From: Candidatus Electrothrix sp. GW3-4
Lineage (GTDB): Bacteria > Desulfobacterota > Desulfobulbia > Desulfobulbales > Desulfobulbaceae
Direction of reading: 5' to 3'
Assembly (NCBI RefSeq): GCF_037902255.1
Contig: NZ_CP147990.1
Coordinates: 810,001-842,000, forward strand
DNA length: 32,000 bases
This document shows, piece by piece, positions 15,449 through 22,810 of the stretch (position 1 is the stretch's first letter; each line of letters begins with the position of its first letter). A program made the position numbers and the translations under genes. The notes under the pieces were generated by a model. It was given only the letters and a program-made list of their open reading frames with translations. It searched no databases and was not told the origin of the DNA.

Positions 15449-16060
15449 TCAGCAGTTCGGAAGCCTAGGGTTACCAGAGGAACAGGAGGTGTTCTTGAGT
15501 TGTTTTTTTGCGGTGTTATAGTTTTTTTGGGCAATGTTTACCGTCGTTGGCTCAAGCATAAATCTGCTTATCATGAACGGTTGCATCTTTTCCTGAAGTG
15601 GATTGGTGGCCATACGCTCTTTCATCATCCTTTCCTGAACCGAACTCGCCACAATCGGGTCAGAGGATATTACACGAATAGTCTCCTCAATCTTTTTCGC
15701 CATCACTTGGTTGACCATTTTCTGGGTAGCCGCATCAAGCACACTTGACTGACCTGAGATAACAACTTTAATGGGCTGCATCGCTCGGCATTCCATGCAG
15801 GTTTCAACGACTCTTGCCCGCTTTCTGGCCGCTGTATTCTGTTTTACGGTATCACTGACTATCGACATCATATTGTTCTGCATATTCTTGAATACAGTTT
15901 GATCGGAAAAGATATTCTGGACCACATTGTTTATTTTGGTGGCCATTGTTTGCGCCATAAGGTTTTGAGTTTCTTTGCCGAATTCCGATGATATTGCTGG
16001 TCTGGAAAAAAAGATGATGCTTAATGTTGCTATTACGAGAAGATTTCGTCCTCTTTTCAT
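15449..16060 (-). CDS. exported Met/Gln-rich protein (203 aa) with two internal copies of the module found in the 110-aa neighbour
   Basis: The SD AAGGAG lies 8 nt upstream of the ATG at 16060. The signal peptide is MKRGRNLLVIATLSIIFFSRPAISS. Its repeated modules contain ..TQNLMAQTMATKI..KNMQNNMM.. and ..TQKMVNQVMAKKI..VQERMM... Confidence 0.65.
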   Translation of the reverse strand: MKRGRNLLVIATLSIIFFSRPAISSEFGKETQNLMAQTMATKINNVVQNIFSDQTVFKNMQNNMMSIVSDTVKQNTAARKRARVVETCMECRAMQPIKVVISGQSSVLDAATQKMVNQVMAKKIEETIRVISSDPIVASSVQERMMKERMATNPLQEKMQPFMISRFMLEPTTVNIAQKNYNTAKKQLKNTSCSSGNPRLPNC

Positions 16061-16259
16061 TCTGCTAACTCCTTTGGGTTAAAAGGGGCGTTGTTGCCCT
16101 TCTTTTTTATTATTGTTTATGTCTCACTGTAACAGGCAAGGGATGAATGGAAGATTAACGAAAGATTATCAGAAAATTAAACCAAGTTCTTTTTGGGGAA
16201 ATGGCGGGAAAAAAATACCCGCCTCGGTATCATTCGTTGTCAGAGGATAAAAAAAGAGG

Positions 16260-16287
16260 TTTACAATAATGTGGTTGGGTATATATT
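16260..16287 (+). promoter_or_regulatory. candidate sigma70 promoter for the small-peptide/NTase/kinase cluster
   Basis: TTTACA (16260-16265) is followed by a 16-nt spacer and TATATT (16282-16287). The predicted transcript start is about 75 nt upstream of the 79-aa ORF. Confidence 0.4.
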
Positions 16288-16368
16288 ACGCAGTGTTGTC
16301 TTGAAGAAAGGAAGGGCTTGGTCAATATAATTGGCCAGTGCTGGGATGTTTGAGCGGAAGATAAGAGG

Positions 16369-16608
16369 ATGAACGAGCAGAAAGATGGATGTGCCGAGAG
16401 TCAGGTCCTTGGTAATATTGGCGTTGAACAACCCAAAGAAATGACCCGACGGCAGGCGTTAGCTGCTCTGGGAAAATTTGCTGCTTTTTCTGCGCCGATG
16501 ACTATTACCTTGCTTGCTGCCGAAGATGTTTTAGCTTGGAGTCCACCCGACCCTCCCAGTGAAATGCCTATTGAAGAGATTCCTCCTGAACTCATTCCTT
16601 GGCGCTGA
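16369..16608 (+). CDS. small protein (79 aa) with a twin-arginine-signal-like segment and a Pro/Glu-rich C-terminus; candidate precursor/substrate peptide
   Basis: ..MTRRQALAALGKFAAFSAPMTITLLAAEDV.. shows an RR motif, a hydrophobic core and an A-x-A-like site. It is followed by LAWSPPDPPSEMPIEEIPPELIPWR. It is the first ORF behind the promoter candidate. The start is ambiguous between ATG 16369 and the internal ATG of MTRRQ. Confidence 0.5.
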   Translation: MNEQKDGCAESQVLGNIGVEQPKEMTRRQALAALGKFAAFSAPMTITLLAAEDVLAWSPPDPPSEMPIEEIPPELIPWR

Positions 16609-16680
16609 AATAATTTTTTTTCGGGCCTGTTTATTTTGTCTCGTGGTGATGAACTGTGAACTTATCGTTTCTTTGCCTGT

Positions 16681-17739
16681 ATGCGTTATTGTAGATATAC
16701 AGAGCTCCTCTGTCAATGTCTCACCTATTGGGATGTGAGCTCGGTGGACACGGCTCAATCTTCCCTTACCAGGGGAGCGGTAAACTGGCCAATACTACTT
16801 CTCTGTGCTGACAGGCATCATATTCTTCCCTCCTTATTCTTTTCCCTTAACCAATCCAGCTTACTCAGATACCTCCCCAAAGAAGTTTCCGAATATCTCC
16901 ATGCTGTATGGACACTCAATAGAAGACGAAACCGTATGCTGCGTCAGGCATTGTTTGCCGTTTCCCGCCAGCTCAACAAAATTGGAATAGCTCCTGTGCT
17001 TCTAAAAGGAGCGACGGCACTTATTGCACAAGAAAACTCAGGCTGTTTTGATCGGGTAATGTATGACTTGGATTTGTACATCCCAGAGCAACGAAGCCGT
17101 GAAGCATATGATTTCCTCAAAGAACATGGGTATACTCCTTTGTATACGACCCAGGCATTTTGGGATCAGCACCATCATGAGGCGGCGTTACGGCATAGTG
17201 AGTTTCCGGTATCTATCGAACTCCACAAGCACATACTTTCCGCAAAGCAATTTAACGATGCACCGGTCTCCGTACGAGAAGGGATGGAAAAGATTCGGAT
17301 CGGTGGGGCAGAAATGCTTCTGCCCAACCGATCCTTTCGTGTGCTCCATAATTTTATTGATCATAGTATTCATGATGGTTTTTTCTTCCAGAACAGGATT
17401 GAACTCAGAAGGTTATATGAGTCTGTACGGCTGAGGGCTGATCGGCCTTGTGAGATCAGGTGGCATAACGTCCAGGCCTATTGCCGAAAGAAAAGAATAT
17501 ATACGGCTTGGTTGACCTATTGTCTCAGCAGTAGGCAACTCTTTGCCTGTCAACTTCCGTGTCCGGTGCCTCGATTCTCCTACGCCCTGTATAAAGAGCA
17601 GCAGGTACGACTACACTCCTGGTTTCCGTTGCTCAGCTTTGTCAGGTATTGGTTGCAGCGAGGCGTTCGATTACCTGCAAGGCTTGTGCGAGCTTCGTGG
17701 TATGCTGTGAAGTTCGAAGACATTTTTCGTCATCTTTAA
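16681..17739 (+). CDS. nucleotidyltransferase family protein (NTP_transf_5 / 'uncharacterised nucleotidyltransferase' type)
   Basis: The 352-aa protein has ..VNWPILLLCADRHHILPSLF.., ..GIAPVLLKGATALIAQ..FDRVMYDLDLYIPEQRSREAYDFLKEHGY.. and ..PVSIELHKHIL... This matches the LKG...R..-DLDL-...GY pattern of that family. Confidence 0.8.
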   Translation: MRYCRYTELLCQCLTYWDVSSVDTAQSSLTRGAVNWPILLLCADRHHILPSLFFSLNQSSLLRYLPKEVSEYLHAVWTLNRRRNRMLRQALFAVSRQLNKIGIAPVLLKGATALIAQENSGCFDRVMYDLDLYIPEQRSREAYDFLKEHGYTPLYTTQAFWDQHHHEAALRHSEFPVSIELHKHILSAKQFNDAPVSVREGMEKIRIGGAEMLLPNRSFRVLHNFIDHSIHDGFFFQNRIELRRLYESVRLRADRPCEIRWHNVQAYCRKKRIYTAWLTYCLSSRQLFACQLPCPVPRFSYALYKEQQVRLHSWFPLLSFVRYWLQRGVRLPARLVRASWYAVKFEDIFRHL

Positions 17740-17780
17740 TGGAAGATGTCAAGTGAGCACCTCAAACAAAAAAATGAGTA

Positions 17781-18977
17781 GTGCTTGTTAGAACAGCGCA
17801 TTTTCCGTTACAGGAGAGTCTGGTTCTTCTCAATCCAGACCGTCAGCGACTTCATCTGCTTAATCCCTTAGCAAGGTCTGTATATGAAGCCCTGGAGGCG
17901 GGACTGCTCCCTGATGAGATCACAAGAGAGATTGCAGGCTCCCGAGGTGAGAGCTTGCAATCCACCAGATCTGAACTTGATAGGCTTTTTCACCACTGGT
18001 ATCAGCAAGGGTTAACAACGAATTCCAGGGACGTATGGGGGGAACATCCCGACCTGTCAGAGGAAGAAAAAAGGAGGTACAGGGGACAGGTTCGGTGCCC
18101 AACCATATGTGATGAAGAGTGCGATAAAGGGAGCGGTGAAGGGGTATTCTGTCTTTATGATCTTGTTTTTCGAATCAGGGGAGGAAATTCTGGGCTCTGG
18201 CGGCAGATTTTGGCTCTTTATGGACATCTTAGGGGGGATTCTGAGCAAGGTAAGGAGGAGACATGCTTTGCGTTGTCCAGAGAGGCAGGTATATATGTCC
18301 TTATTCAGGATAATCAGATAGTCAGTGAGGTTGACGATAGTGAGGCCGCTGTGTTGGCCCTTACTTTTGAAATAGCAGAACTCTGGCGCCGGAGGAGAGA
18401 CGAGGGGCTTTTTATCGCCCATGCTGCCGGGGTGGGACGGAAGAAAAGCTGTTTTTTGCTGCCAGCCAAGGGCGGCAGTGGGAAAAGTACGCTTACTGCC
18501 GCGCTTCTCAAAGATGGCTTTTTCTATCTTTCTGATGAAATTATCCCTGTCTTGCGGGATTCCGGCCATGCCATAGCCCATCCTTTTTGCTTGCATATTA
18601 AACAGGGAAGCCTTGATGTCTTACGTCCAATGTACCCAACGCTCGACAGGTTACAGCAATATCCTTGGGGAGCAACTACATTGCGTTTCTTGCCGCCACC
18701 GAGTTTTCATCAGCAGGTAACTCGAAAAACCTGGCCAGTTGCTCAAATAATTTTTCCGCAATATCAAGAAAAAACGGAAACAAAACTCCAGTTAATTTCA
18801 CCTGTGGAAGCATTGCAACACCTGATCGAAGCTGGCTGTATCTTAAAGACGCCGTTGCATCCTGAAACAGTTGCAGAACTGGTCGACTGGATTCAGCAGC
18901 GTCCAGCCTACACCCTTCGTTATAGCTGTTTGCATGATGCGATTCGTGTACTGAGACAGTTGCCTGACAGTTTATGA
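17781..18977 (+). CDS. fusion of an N-terminal PqqD-like (RiPP-recognition-element-type) domain and a C-terminal HPr-kinase-related P-loop kinase domain
   Basis: The N-terminus ..LVLLNPDRQRLHLLNPLARSVYEALEAGLLPDEITREIAG..ELDRLFHHWYQQGL is PqqD-like. The C-terminal half ..FIAHAAGVGRKKSCFLLPAKGGSGKSTLTAALLKDGFFYLSDEIIPV.. matches the HprK C-terminal P-loop, with GGSGKST at about nt 18470-18490. The GTG start at 17781 is uncertain. Confidence 0.8.
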   Translation: MLVRTAHFPLQESLVLLNPDRQRLHLLNPLARSVYEALEAGLLPDEITREIAGSRGESLQSTRSELDRLFHHWYQQGLTTNSRDVWGEHPDLSEEEKRRYRGQVRCPTICDEECDKGSGEGVFCLYDLVFRIRGGNSGLWRQILALYGHLRGDSEQGKEETCFALSREAGIYVLIQDNQIVSEVDDSEAAVLALTFEIAELWRRRRDEGLFIAHAAGVGRKKSCFLLPAKGGSGKSTLTAALLKDGFFYLSDEIIPVLRDSGHAIAHPFCLHIKQGSLDVLRPMYPTLDRLQQYPWGATTLRFLPPPSFHQQVTRKTWPVAQIIFPQYQEKTETKLQLISPVEALQHLIEAGCILKTPLHPETVAELVDWIQQRPAYTLRYSCLHDAIRVLRQLPDSL

Positions 18978-19091
18978 CTTTTTGGTTCATATCGCAAAAA
19001 AGATGTTGAAAAATAAGCAGACAACATGAAGTTCATTGGGTATCAGATAAATCCAGAGGCAGCGCTGTGGCTGCTGAGGAGGGGACGAGCA

Positions 19092-20975
19092 ATGGCTGGC
19101 ATGAACGGTGGATCATTCCTGTTGAAACGTTTTTTCTTTGTAATGGCATTGAGTATCTTGTTTGCCGGGCAAGGGCAGGCAACTATTGGCTCACCAGCGC
19201 TTGAGAAATTTCTCATGCCGGGTGGCACGTCCTTTGATCGATTTGGCAGGAGCGTGGCCGTGGATGGTGATACGGCAATTATAGGGGCTCCGTATGATCA
19301 CACCTCTGCCGGAAGCGATGCCGGGAGTGCCTATGTTTTTGTGCGCACAGGAGGAGTATGGGAAAAACAAGCAGAGCTCATCCCTAATAACCCAGCTGCG
19401 TACGACAACTTCGGCTTCTCGGTTGCCTTGGACGGAGACACCGCAGTTATCGGAGCATACGGTGCAGATTTTTCCATTGGCTCAGCGTATGTCTTTGTTC
19501 GTTCCGGTGGAGAATGGACGCAAGAGGCCAAGCTTACTCCAAGTAATGGAGGGGAAGATGATTGTTTTGGTGCGAGCGTCGCTGTAGCAGGTGACACGGT
19601 GGTTGTTGGTGCATATCAGCATAATGAGTTAGGGAATAATTCCGGCTCAGCCTATGTCTTTGTTCGTTCAGACGGAGAGTGGCGTCAGGAGCAGGAGCTC
19701 TTCCCTGCCGACGGTGAAGAAGGAGATATCTTTGGCTATTCAGTGGCGGTGGATGGTGATACCATTGTTATTGGGGCTATGTATAATAGCCCATCCGATC
19801 TCCGCTATGCGGGCTCAGTCTACATTTTTACGCGAACGGATTCAGAGTGGAACCAAGAGGGCAAACTTTTAGAACCTGCTGGATCTTCGTATAATAATTT
19901 TGGTGCGAGTGTATCCTTGGACGGCGATACGGCGCTTATAGGGACATCTCACAATATCTTTACCTCAATGGGGGCAGCCTATATCTTTACCCGTTCCGGG
20001 ATGGACTGGGATCAAGGAAGAAAATTAACACCCACTGATGGGGTGATTGGAGATAGTTTTGGTATTAGCGTATCGTTGGACGCTGACACGGCAGTGATTG
20101 GGGCTTGGTATGCTGATAATGAGGCCTTAGGAACCATCGATTCCGGTGCTGCCTACATATTTACCCGTGATACGAACACCGGTGACTGGTTAGAGAAGGC
20201 TAAGCTCGTTGCTCCAGACGGGAGCGACAATCAAAATTTTGGCCATCGTGTGGCTGTCTCCGGTAATACCGCCCTGGTCGGCGCTTCTCAGGATAGTGAA
20301 CTCGGGACAAAGGCTGGCGCTGCCTATCTCTTTGGTCCACCCTGCGGCTGGGGCCGTACCCTGCCCGCAGGGCGCTGGCAAATGACAGCCCCTCCCTGTA
20401 CAGCTGATCCCAATACAGTCATCGATCAACTCGCTGATGACATTGGCACAGAGGCTAACTACGATGTGCGTTGGATCTCCTTTGCATTTGATCCTGTGGT
20501 GCAGGATTATGACCAGCAAGTTGAAGACGATCCTTTTTCGCTTGGTGCGGGGAATTGGAATTTTTCCTACGATGGGGGATTCATAACCTTTGAGGGGACA
20601 TCTACCCCTGTCGAGGACTGTACAGCCCCGTACGGATTGACCGGGAATTGTTTTGTCATTCCTCTGGAAATTGCTTCGGGGTCTGACCGTTGGAACATGG
20701 TCGGGCACCCTCTTCCCTATGCTGTTGCTTGGGATCAGGTACGGATAGCGGTTTATGATGAAAACGGATCCTGGGCCTTGTATACCCCCACGGAGGCTAA
20801 CGATGCGGATATTGTTGAGAAGAACTTGTACCGCTGGACCGGGAGCTCGTATGAGACCTGGGATGATGTTGAACCTTTATTAGGTACGCTCCAGCCCCAG
20901 GAGTCGATCTGGGTGCGAAGTTTGCCAGGGTCTGGTGCGTACAGTGAACTCAAGCTGCTCATTCCTGCGCAGTAA
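19092..20975 (+). CDS. secreted FG-GAP (integrin-alpha-like) seven-repeat beta-propeller protein with a ~210-aa C-terminal domain of unknown function
   Basis: There are seven repeats of FG.SV(A/S).DGDTA.IGA...GSAYVF.R.G..W.Q..KL (nt ~19230-20340). I prefer the ATG at 19092 (GGAGG 9 nt upstream), which gives MAGMNGGSFLLKRFFFVMALSILFAGQGQA (a signal peptide). The track ORF starts at 19026. Confidence 0.85.
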   Translation: MAGMNGGSFLLKRFFFVMALSILFAGQGQATIGSPALEKFLMPGGTSFDRFGRSVAVDGDTAIIGAPYDHTSAGSDAGSAYVFVRTGGVWEKQAELIPNNPAAYDNFGFSVALDGDTAVIGAYGADFSIGSAYVFVRSGGEWTQEAKLTPSNGGEDDCFGASVAVAGDTVVVGAYQHNELGNNSGSAYVFVRSDGEWRQEQELFPADGEEGDIFGYSVAVDGDTIVIGAMYNSPSDLRYAGSVYIFTRTDSEWNQEGKLLEPAGSSYNNFGASVSLDGDTALIGTSHNIFTSMGAAYIFTRSGMDWDQGRKLTPTDGVIGDSFGISVSLDADTAVIGAWYADNEALGTIDSGAAYIFTRDTNTGDWLEKAKLVAPDGSDNQNFGHRVAVSGNTALVGASQDSELGTKAGAAYLFGPPCGWGRTLPAGRWQMTAPPCTADPNTVIDQLADDIGTEANYDVRWISFAFDPVVQDYDQQVEDDPFSLGAGNWNFSYDGGFITFEGTSTPVEDCTAPYGLTGNCFVIPLEIASGSDRWNMVGHPLPYAVAWDQVRIAVYDENGSWALYTPTEANDADIVEKNLYRWTGSSYETWDDVEPLLGTLQPQESIWVRSLPGSGAYSELKLLIPAQ

Positions 20976-21102
20976 GTCATCAGCTTTCTGCATAAGCCCT
21001 ATCCCTCCCCCGCTGGGGCGGGACAACACAACATGAAAGAGGGGAGGCCTGGCCAGCTTCGCCAGCCATTTTTCTCTCAGAAAAACAAGGACCGGAGGTG
21101 AG

Positions 21103-21729
21103 ATGATGTTCCGTTATGTTTCATATAAGGCCTGTATGAGGCCTCAGGGTAGCACAGGAGTCTTTCTGCTGCTGATGATGTCTTGCATGCTCCTGCTACA
21201 GGCAGGCGATGCGCTGGCAAAAAAGACCTGGAAACCTCGACCGGGAGAGTGGTATGTGCGCCTGATCGTCACTGCGGACGATGGGCGGCAAGACAGCGGG
21301 AATTTTCTAGGAAGGCTTACTGAGAGCAGGGCGGGCCTGGACAATCGTGACCTTCCTGAGCTCCCCCCACCGGCTTCACCAATCGGGGATAGCTATCTCA
21401 GTATAGTCTTTCCTCACCCTGAATGGAAAGGGCAGCAGGAGAACTACACAGCAGACTTTCATGGGGTGCCAGAGACGGGATTGGGCAAGAAAGAGAGCTG
21501 GACTTTTGAGATCTGCACCCATACTCCTGGTATCCCGGTGACCTTGAGCTGGAAAGGCGACGAGGCTGTGCTACGGCATAGCCAGTTGCTTGATGCCACG
21601 ACAGGGCGCATCCTGGTGAAGAAATGCTCGGCGACCTCAGAATATGTCGTTGAACTGACAAAGGACTGTGTATCTTTTGTCTGGGAGTATCGTGGAAGGG
21701 GGAAAGGGTTCCCTCCAAGGTCAGGATGA
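21103..21729 (+). CDS. secreted hypothetical protein (208 aa)
   Basis: A strong SD (GGAGGTGAG) sits directly upstream of the ATG. The signal-like N-terminus is ..GVFLLLMMSCMLLLQAGDALA. I recognise no family. Confidence 0.7.
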   Translation: MMFRYVSYKACMRPQGSTGVFLLLMMSCMLLLQAGDALAKKTWKPRPGEWYVRLIVTADDGRQDSGNFLGRLTESRAGLDNRDLPELPPPASPIGDSYLSIVFPHPEWKGQQENYTADFHGVPETGLGKKESWTFEICTHTPGIPVTLSWKGDEAVLRHSQLLDATTGRILVKKCSATSEYVVELTKDCVSFVWEYRGRGKGFPPRSG

Positions 21730-21737
21730 CCATTCCC

Positions 21738-21947
21738 TAGATTAGAACGATTCTGCACAACAGACGAATGGTTCTGCGGAAGGTTAGAAAGGCTCTGCAC
21801 TGTCTAAGGATGGTCCTAAGATAGCTTCGGATCACTCTGCACTGTTGAAGGATAGCTCCGCGATAGGTACGAGTCGTTCTGCGCAAGATGAGAGCGTTTC
21901 TGCACCGTCGAAGAGTAGTCCTGCTACAGGTTAGCATGGCTCTGCAC
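21738..21947. repeat. strictly phased tandem array of ten 21-nt units with a conserved CTGCAC-type core (an eleventh degenerate unit runs to 21968)
   Basis: The cores fall at 21753, 21774, 21795, 21816, 21837, 21858, 21879, 21900, 21921 and 21942, spaced exactly 21 nt apart. They read CTGCAC, CTGCGG, CTGCAC, CTAAGA, CTGCAC, CCGCGA, CTGCGC, CTGCAC, CTGCTA, CTGCAC. Most units carry a variable 3-4-bp inverted repeat just 5' of the core, such as AGAAcgaTTCT, AGGAtggTCCT or AGCatgGCT. Confidence 0.8.
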
Positions 21948-22056
21948 AGGGGGAGAGCGATCATGTCGCTAGAGCTCGTCTCTCGTTTATCGGGATGGAT
22001 TAGGAATGAGGGTGAGGAAGCCCCCAGAAAGCGTTATCGGGTTTGATCCGATCACA

Positions 22057-22347
22057 CTATCGGGGAGAGGCGGTAGAGGGGGCTTGTTGGGCGACACGGC
22101 GTTGGGCCAGATCATCCAGCCATTGCTGCACCATTGCAGCATTCCGACGCCCCATTTCCTGAGCTAGGTTCAGGCTCTTTTGCCACACAGCTTCCGCCTT
22201 ATCCAGCTCACCGCGTTTTTCATACACGCTGCCCAGATTGGCGAAATCTGCCGCTATGCCTTCCTTGCTGCCCAAGGCTTGATTAAGCTCCAGAGCTTTC
22301 AGGTGCATCTCCTCGGTCTTATCCAGCTCCCCAGTGCGTTGCAACAA
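22057..22347 (-). pseudogene. C-terminal TPR fragment of a disrupted membrane/coiled-coil/TPR protein gene
   Basis: The track ORF has TPR_12-like repeats (..TGELDKTEEMHLKALELNQALGSKEGIAADFANLGSVYEKRGELDKAEAVWQKSL..). The frame continues upstream (LGLLLQRTG..) to the MITE junction at 22353-22356. Confidence 0.7.
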
Positions 22348-22352
22348 AAGCC

Positions 22353-22474
22353 CTAGTACAGCAACCGCTAAATTTTGCTAATAACTCATATCGGCTTAAC
22401 CGGCTGTAAAAACCATAAGTTTCAAAAATTACTTGCGTGAAGTTATTAGTCGAACTTGCAAATTACTGTACTAG
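22353..22474. mobile_element. MITE (114-bp element, 22357-22470) flanked by duplicated CTAG (or TA within CTAG), inserted in the TPR gene
   Basis: CTAG occurs at 22353-22356 and 22471-22474. The imperfect 30-bp terminal inverted repeats are TACAGCAACCGCTAAATTTTGCTAATAACT and the rc TACAGTAATTTGCAAGTTCGACTAATAACT (20/30 identical, with the outer 5 and inner 9 bp identical). There is no coding capacity. Excision restores ..AAC ATG CTA GGG CTT TTG.. = NMLGLL, a proper TPR helix. Confidence 0.75.
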
Positions 22475-22810
22475 CATGTTCAAGCCTTTCGTATTGTCCG
22501 GGTCAAGCTTCACCGCCTTTCGGTAGGCAACCAAGGCCGCTTTAGTGTCGCTCTGAAAGGCCAACGCCCCCAAGTGCCGGGCCGCTGCCGCCGCTTCCTT
22601 GTTGGCCTTCCGCCCTTCCGCCTCCTTGCTTCGTAGCACCTCGGCAAAGATGACCTGAGCCTTGGCTGTATCGCCCTGCTCCAATGCCCGCAAGGCATCG
22701 TTAATGCTGGCAGCAGGCGCATCCGCCTTGGACAAAGCGGTGATGGCTTCGGTCAGGGCCTTGATCTGCTCGTCCTTGGCCTCCAGTTGCCCTTGCAGCG
22801 GCCCAACCAC
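22463..22810 (-). pseudogene. central coiled-coil/TPR fragment of the same disrupted gene
   Basis: The track ORF (GTG start) reads VGPLQGQLEAKDEQIKALTEAITAL...AYRKAVKLDPDNTKGLNML and then runs into the MITE, where a stop is supplied by MITE sequence. Confidence 0.65.

Noticed and set aside
16086-16118. A plus-strand hairpin followed by a T-run (AAGGGGCgttgttGCCCTTCTTTTTT), resembling an intrinsic terminator.
   Set aside because: There is no plus-strand gene upstream. It lies in the 5' UTR region of the minus-strand 203-aa gene. The stem is only 6 bp including a wobble pair.
16369-18977. The cluster interpreted as a lasso-peptide (paeninodin-like) cluster.
   Set aside because: There is no asparagine-synthetase-like cyclase, no transglutaminase-like B2 protease and no ABC exporter. 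The candidate peptide also lacks the usual leader-Thr/Gly1...Asp/Glu8-9 layout.
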